DNA from: Eledone cirrhosa
Taxonomy: Eukaryota
Direction of reading: 5' to 3'
NCBI GenBank assembly: GCA_964016885.1
Contig: OZ024743.1
Location: 374,542,001-374,606,000, forward strand
DNA length: 64,000 bases
Shown: one piece after another, positions 1 to 13,685 of the stretch
Layout: every line of letters begins with the position of its first letter
How positions within the stretch are numbered: position 1 is the first letter of the stretch
Made by a program: the position numbers and the translations under genes
The notes under the pieces: generated by a model
Told to the model about the DNA's origin: nothing
What the model saw: the letters and a program-made list of their open reading frames with translations, nothing else
The model's database searches: none

Positions 1-144
1 TTCCTCCGAATAAAACAGTTCTAGTCCTGTAGATGCCGTTTCTATATTAAATATTTATACTCTGCTTTGTATTGAGTACCTTACTGTGGTTACCCCCGAT
101 TGAACCCAGGATAAACATATATATATATATATACATATACATAA

Positions 145-185
<41 letters not shown>

Positions 186-211
186 CACATATATGTATAT
201 ATATATATATA

Positions 212-925
212 CTAACCGAATAACCCGCGCCTTGCTGCGTTTCACACCTTTTTTTTGTAAGAAAATGATGATTGATTTTAAATCAGTGATATCATTTATG
301 GAGAAAAACTCTGCATTTCAATATTACTGAATGTAAAATGTAATGCATGAAAAATTGGAAACATTATTTTTTCATGTTTTGCAGCAAAGAGTTACGGCCC
401 TTTATGGTCTGAGTTCAAATCCGGCCGAGGTTAACTTTGCCTTTCGTCCTTACGGGGTCGATAAAATAAAGTACCAGTGATGCACTGGGATAATTGCTGG
501 CCTTGTGCCAAAAGTAGAAACAATTATTTTTTGTAAAATATCAAATCAAAATTACATTATTAGATCTTATTCTTATTTTGTTTCTTGTAAATAATTTTTT
601 TTCGAAATATCACTTCAAAGCTTTTATGAATAGGCATCATATCTTTATATAAATCAAAAGGAAAACATCTTCAGCGAGGGTTTGTGGCCCCGGGGAATCC
701 CGTGGTTTAAATTTCATATAAATCGAAGAGAAAATATTTTCAGCGGGGATGTTCAGTAGGGGTTTTTGGCCCCGGGGAACCCCTTGATTAAAATGAAATA
801 TACTTATCCAAGTACTCTGGGCTAAGTAGTTTCAGAATATATATGGTTATGGGGGTCTATCTCCAAAACCATAGCAGGAGTTCGTGAACAAACAAACAAA
901 CAGACAGAAACTACAACTTTATATA
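212..925 (-). mobile_element. Probable non-autonomous Helitron-like element with a nested SINE
   Basis: Minus strand begins ATATAAAGTTGTAGTTTCTGTCTG(TTTG)n and ends in a GC-rich subterminal stretch (CGCAGCAAGGCGCGGG) then TTAG|T. It sits in (TA)n. Confidence 0.5.
375..525 (+). mobile_element. tRNA-derived SINE, family A (partial)
   Basis: B-box GAGTTCAAATCC and core GCCTTTC(A/G)TCCTTACGGGGTCGATAAAATAAAGTACCAG, shared with many other copies in this window. Confidence 0.8.
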
Positions 926-1014
926 TATATATATATGCTATTTTCTATACACTGAATTATTTTTGTATAAGTTCCCAGAGTCCACGCCTTGCGTGGAAAC
1001 TTAGCTGCGAATAG

Positions 1015-1096
1015 ACTTCCCTGACGACGAAATGATTCTCTATATTTTCTTCGGAAAGTATATTTATTCCATTTCAGAAACTAATTAGTTGGGAGT
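1015..1096 (+). ncRNA. Type I hammerhead ribozyme motif with extended stem II
   Basis: ACTTCC-CTGACGA-[GAAATG..TATATTTTC-TTCG-GAAAGTATA..CATTTC]-GAAA-CTAATTAG (palindromic stem III)-TT-GGGAGT. Confidence 0.7.
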
Positions 1097-1129
1097 GAAA
1101 TTTTAGTAAGTAAGTTAATTTTATAATTA

Positions 1130-2241
1130 GAAAAATCTTGGAAGAGATACCTTGACGACTGTTTCATCATCTGGACAGAATCTCTAGATACTCTGGATGA
1201 GTTCAATATCCTCCTGAATAACCTACACCCATCTCTCCAATTCACAAAAGAGATGAGTATGACCAAATTACCATTCCTAGATATAATGATAATCAAAAAC
1301 GACACCACCATTACCACGGATATATATTATAAACACACAGACACCCATCAATATCTGCATTTTAAGTCGTGCCATCCACCTCATACAAAACGCAACATCC
1401 CATACTGCCTAGCCAAAAGAATTTGTACCATTGTAGAAGATACGAATACCAGGTACAAACGCCTAGCAGAACTAAGAGAATTTTTGCTCAAACAAAAATA
1501 ACCATCTCTACTTATAGAAAATGGCATACAGCGGGCTATAAAAATACCTATACAACAACTTAGGACAACCCAAGGAAGAAGAAACCAAGAACTGGTCATA
1601 CCATTTATAATGACACACAACCCATGTCACCAGAATATCTTCAACACTGCCAAAGCAAACCTACCGATCATTGCTCAAAGTAATGAATTAAAAGGCTTAA
1701 TCACAGATCGATCTTTGACTCTTAGTAAAAGACAACCAAAAAATTTGAAGCAATTACTAACAAAAGGAAAGTTTGACCTTAACAACAAAGACCAATCATT
1801 CACTGTATCTAAATGCAATGATAGTCGATGCGGCACATGTCAATCCATACACGCCGGTCAATATATGAAAACAAAAACTAGAAAAATATTCCCAAATGCA
1901 AATATGAACTGCAAAAGCAGAGATCTAATTTACTGCATTAAATGCCCGAATTGTGAAGAACTATATGTCGGTCAAACTGGAAATGCACTATCGGAACGTG
2001 CACGGGTACACCGTCAACAAATCAGAGACCCAAATGTCCGTCAGATACCCCTAAGTAACCATCTAGCAACATGTGGTCAGGGAATATTTATAATATTCCC
2101 ATTCTACAAATTACACAGCCCAAGTGAAATCAAGAGAAAAATCAAAGAAAAGAATTTTATTGATAAATTCAAACCCAAGCTAAATGAAAAATAATAACGC
2201 TTAGGGGTATTACTTCTACTATGACTATGACTACGACCACT

Positions 2242-2322
<81 letters not shown>

Positions 2323-2903
2323 AATAATAAAAGTGATGTTGATGGTGATGTTTAATAGAAAATGCTATTTTCATCATTTCTAAAAATAGCAAAACAATTG
2401 ATGCTTTGGATATGATTAATTATTGGTCGTTAGACATGCTCAACCAGCCGTGACGCTTAAACCAATCAGCTTTAGTAATTCAGTGAAACTCCACACTGAT
2501 TGGTCGAAATACAGTTTGCAAGATTTAGCATTCTGGAGCCACTTTTCCCCGTATAAAATGTATCGTGACGCTTAAACCAATCAGCTTTAGTAATTCAGTG
2601 AAACTACACACTGATTGGTCGAAATACAGTTTGCAAGATTTAGCATTCTGGAGCCACTTTTCCCTGTATAAAATGTATAAAAGGTAGAGAATTTACCCAT
2701 CTTATTACAGTTGAAAATTGCAAACTTGACTGTCACCACATATTATGAACCTGAAGATTGCGAAAGCATGAAAGTACTTGCTCAATTAACATTTAGAATT
2801 TAATATTCTATCATACTATTTCATTATAATACCATATTATATAAATTTTAAAGGATTGTAAATAAAACGAGTAAATCAGACAAAGTTGGAATTCCTCTTA
2901 TTA
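1130..2903 (+). mobile_element. 5'-truncated Penelope-like element (RT C-terminal part + GIY-YIG endonuclease + 3' pseudo-LTR)
   Basis: WKRYLDDCF, LPFLD, YYKHTDTHQYLHFKSCHP, then IYCIKCPNCEELYVGQTG and FKPKLN (stop at 2194). One in-frame TAA at 1499-1501. The 3' region has (CAA)n, a 115-bp tandem duplication (2449/2564) and a hammerhead. Confidence 0.93.
2746..2784 (+). ncRNA. Minimal type I hammerhead ribozyme in the Penelope pLTR
   Basis: TGAAC-CTGAAGA-TTGC-GAAA-GCAT-GAAA-GTAC-TT-GCTCA. One stem I mismatch here; stem I is perfect in the copy at 8075-8113 (-). Confidence 0.8.
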
Positions 2904-2927
2904 ATATATATATATATATATATATAT

Positions 2928-3066
2928 AACCAAGGAGGTGTGGTAAGGAACCAGATGGACCATAACGCACTAGAGTACTCAATACTTAGGGTAGTAGAGT
3001 GGGTAATAGGAAAAAGTTTAACCACGATGGCATAGCTCAAGCCATTTCGACGGCTATTTCTAGACT
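2928..3066 (+). repeat. Short dispersed fold-back family F, single diverged arm
   Basis: Similar to copies at 15688, 39195, 52540, 55287 and 60170; all lie in (TA)n. Confidence 0.8.
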
Positions 3067-3080
3067 ATATATATATATAC

Positions 3081-3124
<44 letters not shown>

Positions 3125-3127
<3 letters not shown>

Positions 3128-3731
3128 AGGTCACCAGTTGGTGCTACTGGTAACATGTATCCCAGTACAACCTGTTCCATGGTCGGGTCGTTGGCGACTA
3201 AACTGGCAACCCCACCAAGGTTTCTTGGTGAGGAGGGTGACTTTGGACATCCTGCAGGACTAAAAACAAAACCTGTCAAAGGGCAAAGGAGCTCTTAAGA
3301 GTCAATGGCCATCCAAAATCACCGGGAGAGATGACCCCTTAGCCTTTGTCAAGGCAGAATTCTAGGAGAAGGAAAACTCTGATATAACACCTGCAACCCT
3401 GATGGTATCCAATGATGTTGACTTGTTATTCTTTTTGGTAAATATCATCTTGGTTAAGAGAGTGGGACTGGCTTTGTGCAGTGCCTTTGCTCACTATAAA
3501 AGCTTCACAGCACAGGCATTGCTTTACATCTGGAGATCTCTCTGCAGTTGTCGTCACATGGTACCATGGGCCCAGCACTATGTGTCAATAATTGTCACAA
3601 GTGTAGTGTTTGTACCAGAGTTTTCAAGTCACTGGCTGAGACTAAAAAGTCACACTCGTTCAGCGCATCGGTAGGGGTTCTCCTACATGGATATAAAGTA
3701 GTGGCCGTACTCGAAAACGAGTTGGCAGCCA

Positions 3732-3733
<2 letters not shown>
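3125..3733 (+). mobile_element. ~610-bp non-autonomous retroelement with RTE-like 5' motifs (family R)
   Basis: Near-identical copy at 28130-28738 (-) and a partial copy at 61496-61900. Contains CTAGGAGAAGGAAAACTCTGA, resembling RTE 5' UTRs, and ends in a microsatellite tail. The RTE link is inference. Confidence 0.65.
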
Positions 3734-3796
<63 letters not shown>

Positions 3797-3802
3797 CATA
3801 CA

Positions 3803-3866
<64 letters not shown>

Positions 3867-4596
3867 GATATTTGTGTGTGTCTGGCTGTGTATTTATCAT
3901 CGGTTTTTAGCTTGGGTTAAAAAGTAGCAAAAAAAAAACAAACAAGCAAACAAAAAACAATAATGTCAACAAAAACAGCGAGCAACTTTTATGTGTCTCG
4001 TAAATTATATATCTTTCATAAAACAATATAAAGAGAAATATTTGTAAGAATTCAGACGATACAAAATCAATATCCTCACGACGCCATGAAGAAAAGCAGT
4101 TTTATCACCGAAACTGATAAATACTATTCTGGCGTTTGACATTGTATTGTAACTAAAGAAGTCGGGCGCTGAATGTATCAACATCTTCAATACACACACA
4201 AGTATATAATGGAATTCAGAGAGCGTTCTTCTCTATTCTATTCAGAATAGTTTCCGTGCTCAGTAATTGGTGTCAATATACTATATGGCGACTGTTATTA
4301 AATAGAATTTCAAGTTGAACAAAAAGAATCTTAGACACTTCACATTAGAGCGAGGGCTGTTGAGGATTCACGAATCGTCCTTACAATCGTTATACTTTAA
4401 AAGGATACACACTCACACGCACATATGGGACAGTTCAGAACTGTGTGGTTAAAATGTTCACTTTACAGCCACATGGTTTTATGTACTGTCCTGTCCAACA
4501 AAGTGTCACCTTGGGCAAATATCTTCAACAACAGCCTGGAGTCGAGCAATGCTTTGTGACTGAAATTTAGTTGACAGAAACTGTGTCGAAGCAGAG

Positions 4597-4665
<69 letters not shown>

Positions 4666-4679
4666 TAAGGACCCCCATC

Positions 4680-4970
4680 GGTCACTAATGACCATGGTTT
4701 TACCCCTAGACAGTTTCCCTCCGAAACACAAGCCCCGGCAAGGTTTGTTTATGGAAGATTACCAGTATCCCCTCTCCATGCCACCATTGTTGTCCAAGTG
4801 AAAGGCAATGGCCGATACAGCTTGGCACCATTGACGTCGCAACTTATTTCTACAGCTGAGTAAACTTGAGAAACGTGAAATAAAGTGTCTTGCTCAAGGA
4901 CATCACCCGGTTCGAGAAACGAACTCACAATTTCTCAATTGCAAGCCCAATGCTCTAACCACTAGACCAT
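4680..4970 (-). mobile_element. tRNA-headed SINE with CORE-like domain (family B)
   Basis: Minus strand has GGTCTAGTGGTTAG...GAGTTCG followed by GTCCTTGAGCAAGACAC. Related decayed copies at ~4430-4590, ~5600-5840, ~45780-45900 and ~57975-58280. Confidence 0.7.
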
Positions 4971-7039
4971 ACATATATATTTATATTGAAATTTAGTCGG
5001 TAAAGAAAGACTCGGGGTGATATATGTGAGTGTAAAGAAACTTTGTGTCATTGTTACGTCATCAAAGTCAATTGCATGTTGCCATATACACATGAATCTG
5101 ATAATCTATTAATTCATCAAAGACATGTTGATAGTGTCAAATATTGCCATTTGATCTTGTTTAACGATCAAAATAAAATCAATAACGTTATTTGTGACTG
5201 GAATATTGAGTAAGCAATATCCTTAAACGTTTCTTCCTTTATTACTCATAAAAACCTAGAAACTCCTCTTGTTATTGATTTTGAAATAGCTAAATACTCT
5301 GAACTTGAAACACACACCAGGAATATAACCAGAAGAACAAATATTTGAACGTGCATTTAGAGTGAGTATCTGAGTGATAAGTCGATCAGCTAGAAATAGC
5401 AGTCAAAGTTATATGTATGTGGCCCTCCGTCTGTGCTGACGACGAGTGTTCCAGGTGATTCAATCAACGCGCTATCCGAGTGAGTATCTGGGTGATAGCT
5501 CGATCAGCTAGAAATAGTAGTCAAATTTCTTTCAAATCATACCCAACGTCTTCGAGAAAGAAAACGGAAGAACACGTTTAATTAATGGAATGTATGAAAT
5601 CAACTGAGCATTCTCAAGACACGTGTAACCTTAATGAATTCTCACGAAGACTCAGCATGACAGAGTGTGACAAAACTGGCTCTTTGAATTACAGGTGCAA
5701 TTCGTTTTTACCAGCTGAGTAGAATGGAGCAATGTAATCTAAATTCTTTCTCAAGCAGACAACACACCGAGAAAAATCGAACTCACAAACGAACAATCGT
5801 GAGCCGAATACCCTAACAATTACGCCATGCATCTCCACTTTTAGCCATAAGTCTGCACTGTCGGCTTGTGGCAAGAGAATAATTTAATGTGTTGAGATAA
5901 GTAATAACTTCACAGTCAATTAAAGTAATTATATGTCATTTGGGACAAATCTATCATTACAAATTGATTTATTATTAGTAAACGTTTAGCAAATGTGTAC
6001 GGCAAATTAGCCGAGTTGTTAGAGCGATGAATTAAAACACTGGTGTCTATTCCGCCTCTCTGAGTTCGAATCCCAGCACCGTCAACTTTTCAGTTCATCT
6101 TTTTTTAGGGTGGGAGTGGTGGGGTGTTAAAAAGTGCTTTACGATAGGTGTTCCGACTCCGTACATTGTGAGTTTAAAGCTCGCCTCCATCCACTAGAAA
6201 AGCAGTGACACCTCTGTCAGGAGTTGTGACCGGTAGATAGTATTAGGAATGGAAAACCAATGGAAACAATTTTCTTTGTACATTTTGACGATTATCTTCT
6301 TTTCTTTCCTTTCTTGATTTTTCTTTTAATTGAATTCCAAATACGACAACTGAAAGTATAAAATATTTAAATTTATTAAAATAAATGATGCTTTCTTCAA
6401 AATTCCACGCATCGATCATCAATTTTTGCCAATTCAACAAATGGTTGAGATGTTCAATATTGTAGTATTTACTACTTTGGACCTTCATAAACAGATGCAA
6501 TGGTCACAATGAAATAAAACATGAAAATACCTTTAATGAAAACATAGTATTCTTCATTTATTAATAAGTGACATAAATATATATCATGTTGAAAATTGTA
6601 ACTTTTACGTTTGGAATAATTTCACTCGCGAGAAAATAACTTGGAATTCATCTTAAATAAATTAGATTACCAATCATTAAATATCAATTACACTTATGAA
6701 TGCAATATTGTGAATCCGCATACTTTATTTCGTATCCAAAATATAAATTCATTTCGAGAAATCAGAAATAATGGTGAGGGAAATATTTAAACTTCAGATA
6801 ACTTTCATGAATGCAAAGGCAAATTTATAACTGGAACGATAGATATAAACATATTTAGTGTTTTGGCAGTATTTCACATAATAATTTTACAGAATTTCAA
6901 CAACAAAATATTTGAATTGATATCGTAATATCAAACAGACGTCAATTAGTGAATTCAGTAAATGGAGAATCAGATATACACGTTCATATGTATATCAAGT
7001 AAGGACTATATTCCAATATGTTGAGCCTATATATATATA

Positions 7040-7422
<383 letters not shown>

Positions 7423-7800
7423 TGTAGGGGCTCCCAAAGGAGCACTGAGTGCAATGTCAACTCTGGATGTCGGTGAGCATGTCCAGCCAACCTCAGTCTC
7501 CTCTGTGTCACTTTTGAGCTGACTTTTGGGATGCTCCCATACAGCTCTGAGTTTTTCATCCTCAGTGTATACTGATTAATGTTCAGAGCCATCCTCAACA
7601 TTCTCGTGTAGCACCCATCCACCTACATGGACACACTAGAAGAGGAAGACCAAGGTTAACGTATGTTGATGCCCTAAGGACAGACACTGGTCTGTTGGAG
7701 ATGCAGGACATGGCAGCGATAATGAGGGACAGAGACCGCTGGAGAGAACTCGTCCATGGATCTCGGGAATTTTACCCGCCTTAGATAGATAGATAGATAT
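7423..7800 (+). mobile_element. 3' fragment of an RTE-type LINE with a 5' inversion and (AGAT)n tail
   Basis: Minus 7622-7423 reads DGCYTRMLRMALNI...[14 protein letters not shown]...LLWEP. Plus 7622-7783 continues PTHGHTRRGRPRLTYVDAL...MRDRDRWRELV..., with one base missing. Confidence 0.85.
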
Positions 7801-7845
7801 ATATATTATATATATATATTATATATATACATTATATATATATTA

Positions 7846-8200
<355 letters not shown>

Positions 8201-8207
<7 letters not shown>

Positions 8208-8740
8208 CGTAGTTTAGAAAGCCACAACAATGCAGAGGGAAATCTCGAGGTAGGAAGTGAATGATAGATAAGAGAAATAGGAGAAAGTGAAAATAGAGAG
8301 AGACAAAGATGAAAACAAAACAAAGGTAGAAGGGTTACCGTAGTGGAGATTTAATCCCAATATTTCGGGCTCACGCCCATCAACGGGGGAAAGTTCCAAA
8401 GGGGGGGGGGGGAACAGGCTAAGCGGAGAAAGTTGTGATGTCGTTAAAACAGGAATGTGTTTTAACGACATCACAACTTTCTCCGCTTAGCCTGTTCCCC
8501 CCCTTTGGAACTTTCCCCCGTTGATGGGCGTGAGCCCGAAATATTGGGATTAAATCTCCACTACGGTAACCCTTCTACCTTTGTTTTGTTTTCATCTTTG
8601 TCTCTCTCTATTTTCACTTTCTCCTATTTCTCTTATCTATCATTCACTTCCTACCTCGAGATTTCCCTCTGCATTGTTGTGGCTTTCTAAACTACGTATT
8701 TTACACATTTCACAATGCCTCAAGCAAACTTTAACACCCT

Positions 8741-8743
<3 letters not shown>
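8201..8743 (+). repeat. Fold-back cassette: ~250-bp arms, 6-nt loop, 40-nt unique tail
   Basis: 8201-8451 is the reverse complement of 8458-8703 except for the G/C run length. It contains a degenerate hammerhead-like motif CCGTTGAT-GGGC-GTGA-GCCC-GAAA (8518-8541). Confidence 0.92.
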
Positions 8744-8777
<34 letters not shown>

Positions 8778-8782
<5 letters not shown>

Positions 8783-8943
8783 GAAATAGAAGCTTTCGCC
8801 GCATTTTTTACTAAAGAAATGGAAAAAGATGAGTATTGACGCACAATACTCAGCATTTTCCATTTCTTAGAGGGTTTTAGATCCCACTGTCGGGCTAAAA
8901 TTTCTTTAATCAACAATGCGGCGAAAGCTTCTATTTCTAATTT
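8778..8943. repeat. Small fold-back with ~29-bp perfect terminal arms and internal hairpins
   Basis: AAATTAGAAATAGAAGCTTTCGCCGCATT ... AATGCGGCGAAAGCTTCTATTTCTAATTT; internal pairs GAGTATTG/CAATACTC and GAAATGGAAAA/TTTTCCATTTC. Confidence 0.8.
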
Positions 8944-8980
8944 CAAACTCATTCTCTGTTTCAAAACATACTTACCTGTC

Positions 8981-9022
<42 letters not shown>

Positions 9023-9023
<1 letters not shown>

Positions 9024-12000
9024 CATAACTCTGCTAAATACAGAGTTACAGATTTTGGCCACCCACCTCCAAAAATACAATAATACCACACACAGCAAAC
9101 AAAATACAAACACCACCAACCACAAGCACAACACAAACATCACCACCACCAGCACCAAACACAAGCACGACACAAAAATCACCACCACCATCACCAACCA
9201 CAACACAAACATCACCACCACCATCACCAACCACAAGCACGACACAAACATCACCACCACCACCACAAAACGCATTCCAAACAAATAATAAAAAAAACAG
9301 CAACAAATCTACCCCTCCCGCAAAAAAAAACAACCAGACACCACGTCCCTCCCACCTAGCGCTGAAGAGTTTCCCCCAACTTCTGAAGAAGAAGGAGGAG
9401 AAGCCTTCAGACAAGTTAAAAGAAAAAAACGAAAGCACACACCCAACACACTACAAATAATTCAAACACCAACTCCAATCAAAAACACCCCACCCTCGAC
9501 AAACAAAAATAAATCTGCCCCCCCCCCTCTTCGAAACATTGACAGCATCACAAAAAAAGACATTGCAATACACATATATAAATAAAGAAAACAAAAAACT
9601 GTTTAAATTAATAAACAATAGCCCTTTTGTGCAGACCGAAGGGCCAAACTTTATCTCAACAGAGAACTTCACCCATTTAAAAATGATAAAGGTCCCTCTT
9701 GACCTTTATCGTTCCTTAAAAGAACAATTTAAACAGGACGTGAGCCCCCATCCCCTGTTTAAAACCGTTAAATCGCGTCCTCTTGAAAGATTTCCCCATA
9801 ACCTCCCCTCTCCCTGACACAACTCCAAATACCCCAACCCCACCACAATCGGATACCCCCACACCACCACAAAACATCCCTCCACCCAACACACCCGACG
9901 CCATGGAAATTACACAACCCGGAGAGGTAGGTGCTTTTCTTTCTTCACTTTCAACACCAAAATAGATCAATTGAGAGTTGGCTGTTTGAATGCGCGTGGC
10001 CTGGGCTCAGCTTGGAAGCAAGCAAAGCTTCTAAGTGACCTCAGGTCACGAAGTATAGATGTGATGGTTGTTTGCGAGAGTCGGATCAGCAGCGTGCGAC
10101 AGCTGGCTCCCGCCTTCGATGACTTTGAAATGCACGCATCTCTCTGTCAACCCGGAGGCGGGGGTGGGGTTGCCGTACTGCTGGATAAACGTCTGGCTCT
10201 CGACGTACAGATTGTTCACTCGGACCCGGGGGGTCGATTACTGGTACTGGACGTCGGAGGCGGTGAAGGCGGGGCTTTCAGACTGGTCGGTCTTTATGCC
10301 CCCTTCGGGGCTGAAAGAGCCGACTTCTTCCAGCGTCTGGAGACTTTTCTAGGAACGTCGCGTTCCCTGCTTTTGGTGGGGGACTGGAATGGAATCCTAG
10401 ATGCGCGTTGGGACTATGTAGGGGCATGTCCCGATAGAGGAGGGTGTAGCAGCCTCAAGGGGTTACTCGATCGATTCAACCTGGTCGATAGATTTCGACT
10501 AGATTTTCCAACTGCGCCAACCTGATCCTGGGCAAACCGCAGTGGTCAATCTAGATCGTACCTAGATAGGTTTTTGGTTAGGAGTAAGGATAGCGACGTA
10601 TTTAGTTGTCCAGAATTGCTCATGGTTTGCTATTCAGATAACAAATTAGTGACCTGCGTGGTCAACCTTGATAGAACGCATAGACAGGGTTCCGGTTACT
10701 GGAAGATGAACTTGTCCTTGCCGGCAAAGGAAGCTTACAGGAACCAGATTAGTAGCTTAGTTAAGATGCGGTTGACGGGAGCGATCGTCAACAGCAGGTG
10801 GTGGGTATCTCTAAAGAGAGAGATTAGAGTAAGTTCGATAGATTACAGTAAGGAACTAGCGGCGAATAGAAATAGGAGGGAAAGGGAGTTAACAGATAAA
10901 CTAGAAGAGGCGATTAGGAGCGGAGACGTGGACAGAGTGTTAGCGTCAAGAACGGCGTTGAGCCAGTTCTTTGATGCGAAGCACGAAGGCTGCGTTGTCC
11001 GAAGTAAAATACGTGCTTTAGGAAACGAGAGGACCAAAGCTGTTAGCTGGGCCCGCGTGACAGAAGCCAAGAGTGGGATTAAATCCACCATTCGGTCTTT
11101 GCGAGACCAGGATGGACGGGTGATCCTTGAACCTGAGCGGATGTGCGAGGCCTTTCAAAGGCACTTTGCTCGACTGTTCGGAGGGAGCGGGGGGCCGGAC
11201 GGGGGATGTGGACTTCGGTCCATACCTCGACGGCCTACCGCGTCTTTCGAGCGGCGAAGCGGAGTGCTGCGAAAGGCCAATCACAGCCACTGAAATCTGG
11301 GAAGCGCTCAGCCAATGCAGCAGACGCAAATCTCCGGGTCTCGATGGTCTACCATACGAACTTTATTTAGCTATGCCGGTCTTGTTCTCCGAACTCCTCG
11401 AGGCTGTCTATTGCAACTGGCAACAGAACAGGAGAATTCCCTGTTCTGTGACCAAGGGCGTAGTCACGCTAGTGAGGAAGGACGAGAGCAAAGGGGACGA
11501 CTTAAGTAACTTTAGGCCCATAACTCTGCTGAATGCAGAGTTACAGATTTTGGCCAAGGTGTTGGCGAAGAGGTTGGCGCTAGTGGTGGGTAGTTTGGTG
11601 GGAGACGCGCAGACGTGCGCTATCCAGTCCAGGTCCATTCACGACAACCTCCACCTCATGCGATACATCGTAGAGAGGGTTGGGAACGAACCCGGCTTTG
11701 GTGGGGCCCTGATCAACTTGGATCAATCTAAGGCGTTCGATAGGATCGACCATGGTTACCTGGATGCGGTGCTAGCGGCGGCGGGCTTCGGACCCGTTAT
11801 CAGGGCTGGATTTCTGCCATGCACAGTGGCAACGTCTACTCTAGGATTAAAGTAAACGGCTACATCTCGTTTCAAATCACCCGGTCCATCAGGCAGGGGT
11901 GCCCCCTCTCCTCCCTTCTGTACGTATTGACTCTCGAGCCACTGCTGCGGAAGTTGGAGTTGCTGCGGGGCATACCCCTGGAACCGGGATTGCACAAAGC

Positions 12001-13623
12001 GGTCTCGGCCTATGCCGACGACGTAACAGTAATGGTGGCGGACGCCTCGGAAATCGGGGCGATCGCCACCCTACTGGAGGAATACGAAAGGCTGACGGGG
12101 GCTAGGCTGAACCGGGACAAGTCAGTCGGTTTGCAACTCGGAACGTGGAGGGGAAAACCGATGCCGTTAGACGGTGTCGTCGGGCGGTGGACGGAGGGCC
12201 CGGTGAAGCTGCTCGGGGTCTGGTTCGGACCGGACCTCCAGGTGGAGAATAATTGGGGCGAGGTGAAGAGCACGGTGTTTGCGCTGACTCAGAAGTGGGC
12301 CAAGTGCAAACTATCACTGAAAGGTCGGGCGGAGGTGACGAACGCTTACATAGTGTCCGTCATCTACTACCGCCTGACCGTCGTGCCTTGCCCCAAGGAA
12401 ACGCTCACCATCATGGAGCGCATGCTCTTCCAGTTCCTCTGGAAGAAGCGGCCTCCCATGGTGAGGAGATCCATCTGCTGCCAGCACCCTTCGAAAGAAG
12501 GGCTGGGTATGCCGTGGCTATTGATCCGTAGGCACGCATTGAGGCTATGGCATCTACAGGTATTCCTCACCGGTCAGCCGGTGAGGGCCACGTTTGTGAG
12601 GCGAGCCTTCCCACAGCTCGTCTCGCTCACCGAGCTGCAATCCTGGGTGAAGCAAAGACCGAGAAAACTAGGCAACTGGCACACCGAGTGTGCCCAGGCG
12701 CTCACGGCTCTCTGGCAAGCGGACCCGACTATCAGTGGAGAATCCACCTCGACATTCTATAGAGGGCTGGTGGCTAGCAGGGGCGACGACACCCTTGGAG
12801 AGTCGCTAAGCATGGAGGAGAACGAACTGGCCAGCCTGTTCGGTAGAACTTTCGGCCCGGGACCCATGGACAGCTTCTAGAGGTCCCTAGCCTGGCAGTG
12901 CTACCGGAGGGCTCTGCCCGTTCGAGAAAAGCTCTACAGGCACGGGCGCCCGGGCAGGGATCCCGCGAAAAAGATCTGTCCCAGATGCGTGCGCGACGAG
13001 GAAACCGTTGAGCACGCACTGGTACACTGCCCGGGCGTTGCCGATCTGTGGGGCTACGTCGAACGACTGCTGTCGCGTGTGGCACCGATTCGATTGACCG
13101 CCGAGTCTGTGGTGAACATCAAGCCGCCTCCTCCCTTCAGAAATGAAGCAGAGGCGGTCTTTCTGTGCGTAATAGCCATGATGAAAGAGGTTGTGTGGTG
13201 GACGCGCCTGAAAGGTCTGAGGTCGGGTGACTTTCTCTCCGGCCAACATCTGGTTTACTTCTTCCGATACCACTTCGGAAGAAGGATCAGGATGGAGAGA
13301 GAAGTGCTTGGCCCCAGACAGTTTTATGAAAGGTGGGTGAAAGAAGCGAGAATGGCTCGTGTAAATGGGCCTTCTCTCTACATTGTTCTGTAGGTGAAGA
13401 AGTGAAGAGGAAAGGGGGAGCGCCTCCTCTCTGGGCTTCCCCCGCGAAAAGGGTTGCACACTTTTCGGGGATATGTGCAATCCCCAACACGCCCCCTCCC
13501 TTTTGAGGACTCTTTATTATTATATTATTCTTATTGTTATGCCTTTTTCTTTACTCACATTTATGTAAACTCCCCCCTGTGCATTTGTCCCTTTCTCTTG
13601 TGCCCTAGTGGCAAATAAAGAAA
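9023..13623 (+). mobile_element. Tx1/L1-clade LINE, 5'-truncated and decayed (ORF1 tail; ORF2 APE endonuclease-RT-CCHC, 9971-13393)
   Basis: LNARG, VCESR, GDWN, YLDR, KSPGLDG, FRPITLLN, LDQSKAFDR, RQGCPLS, AYADD and CPRC-x8-H-x4-C motifs. Stops at 10523 and 12878 plus frameshifts. Ends AATAAAGAAA, flanked by (ATCT)n on both sides. Confidence 0.95.
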
Positions 13624-13625
13624 TA

Positions 13626-13683
<58 letters not shown>

Positions 13684-13685
<2 letters not shown>

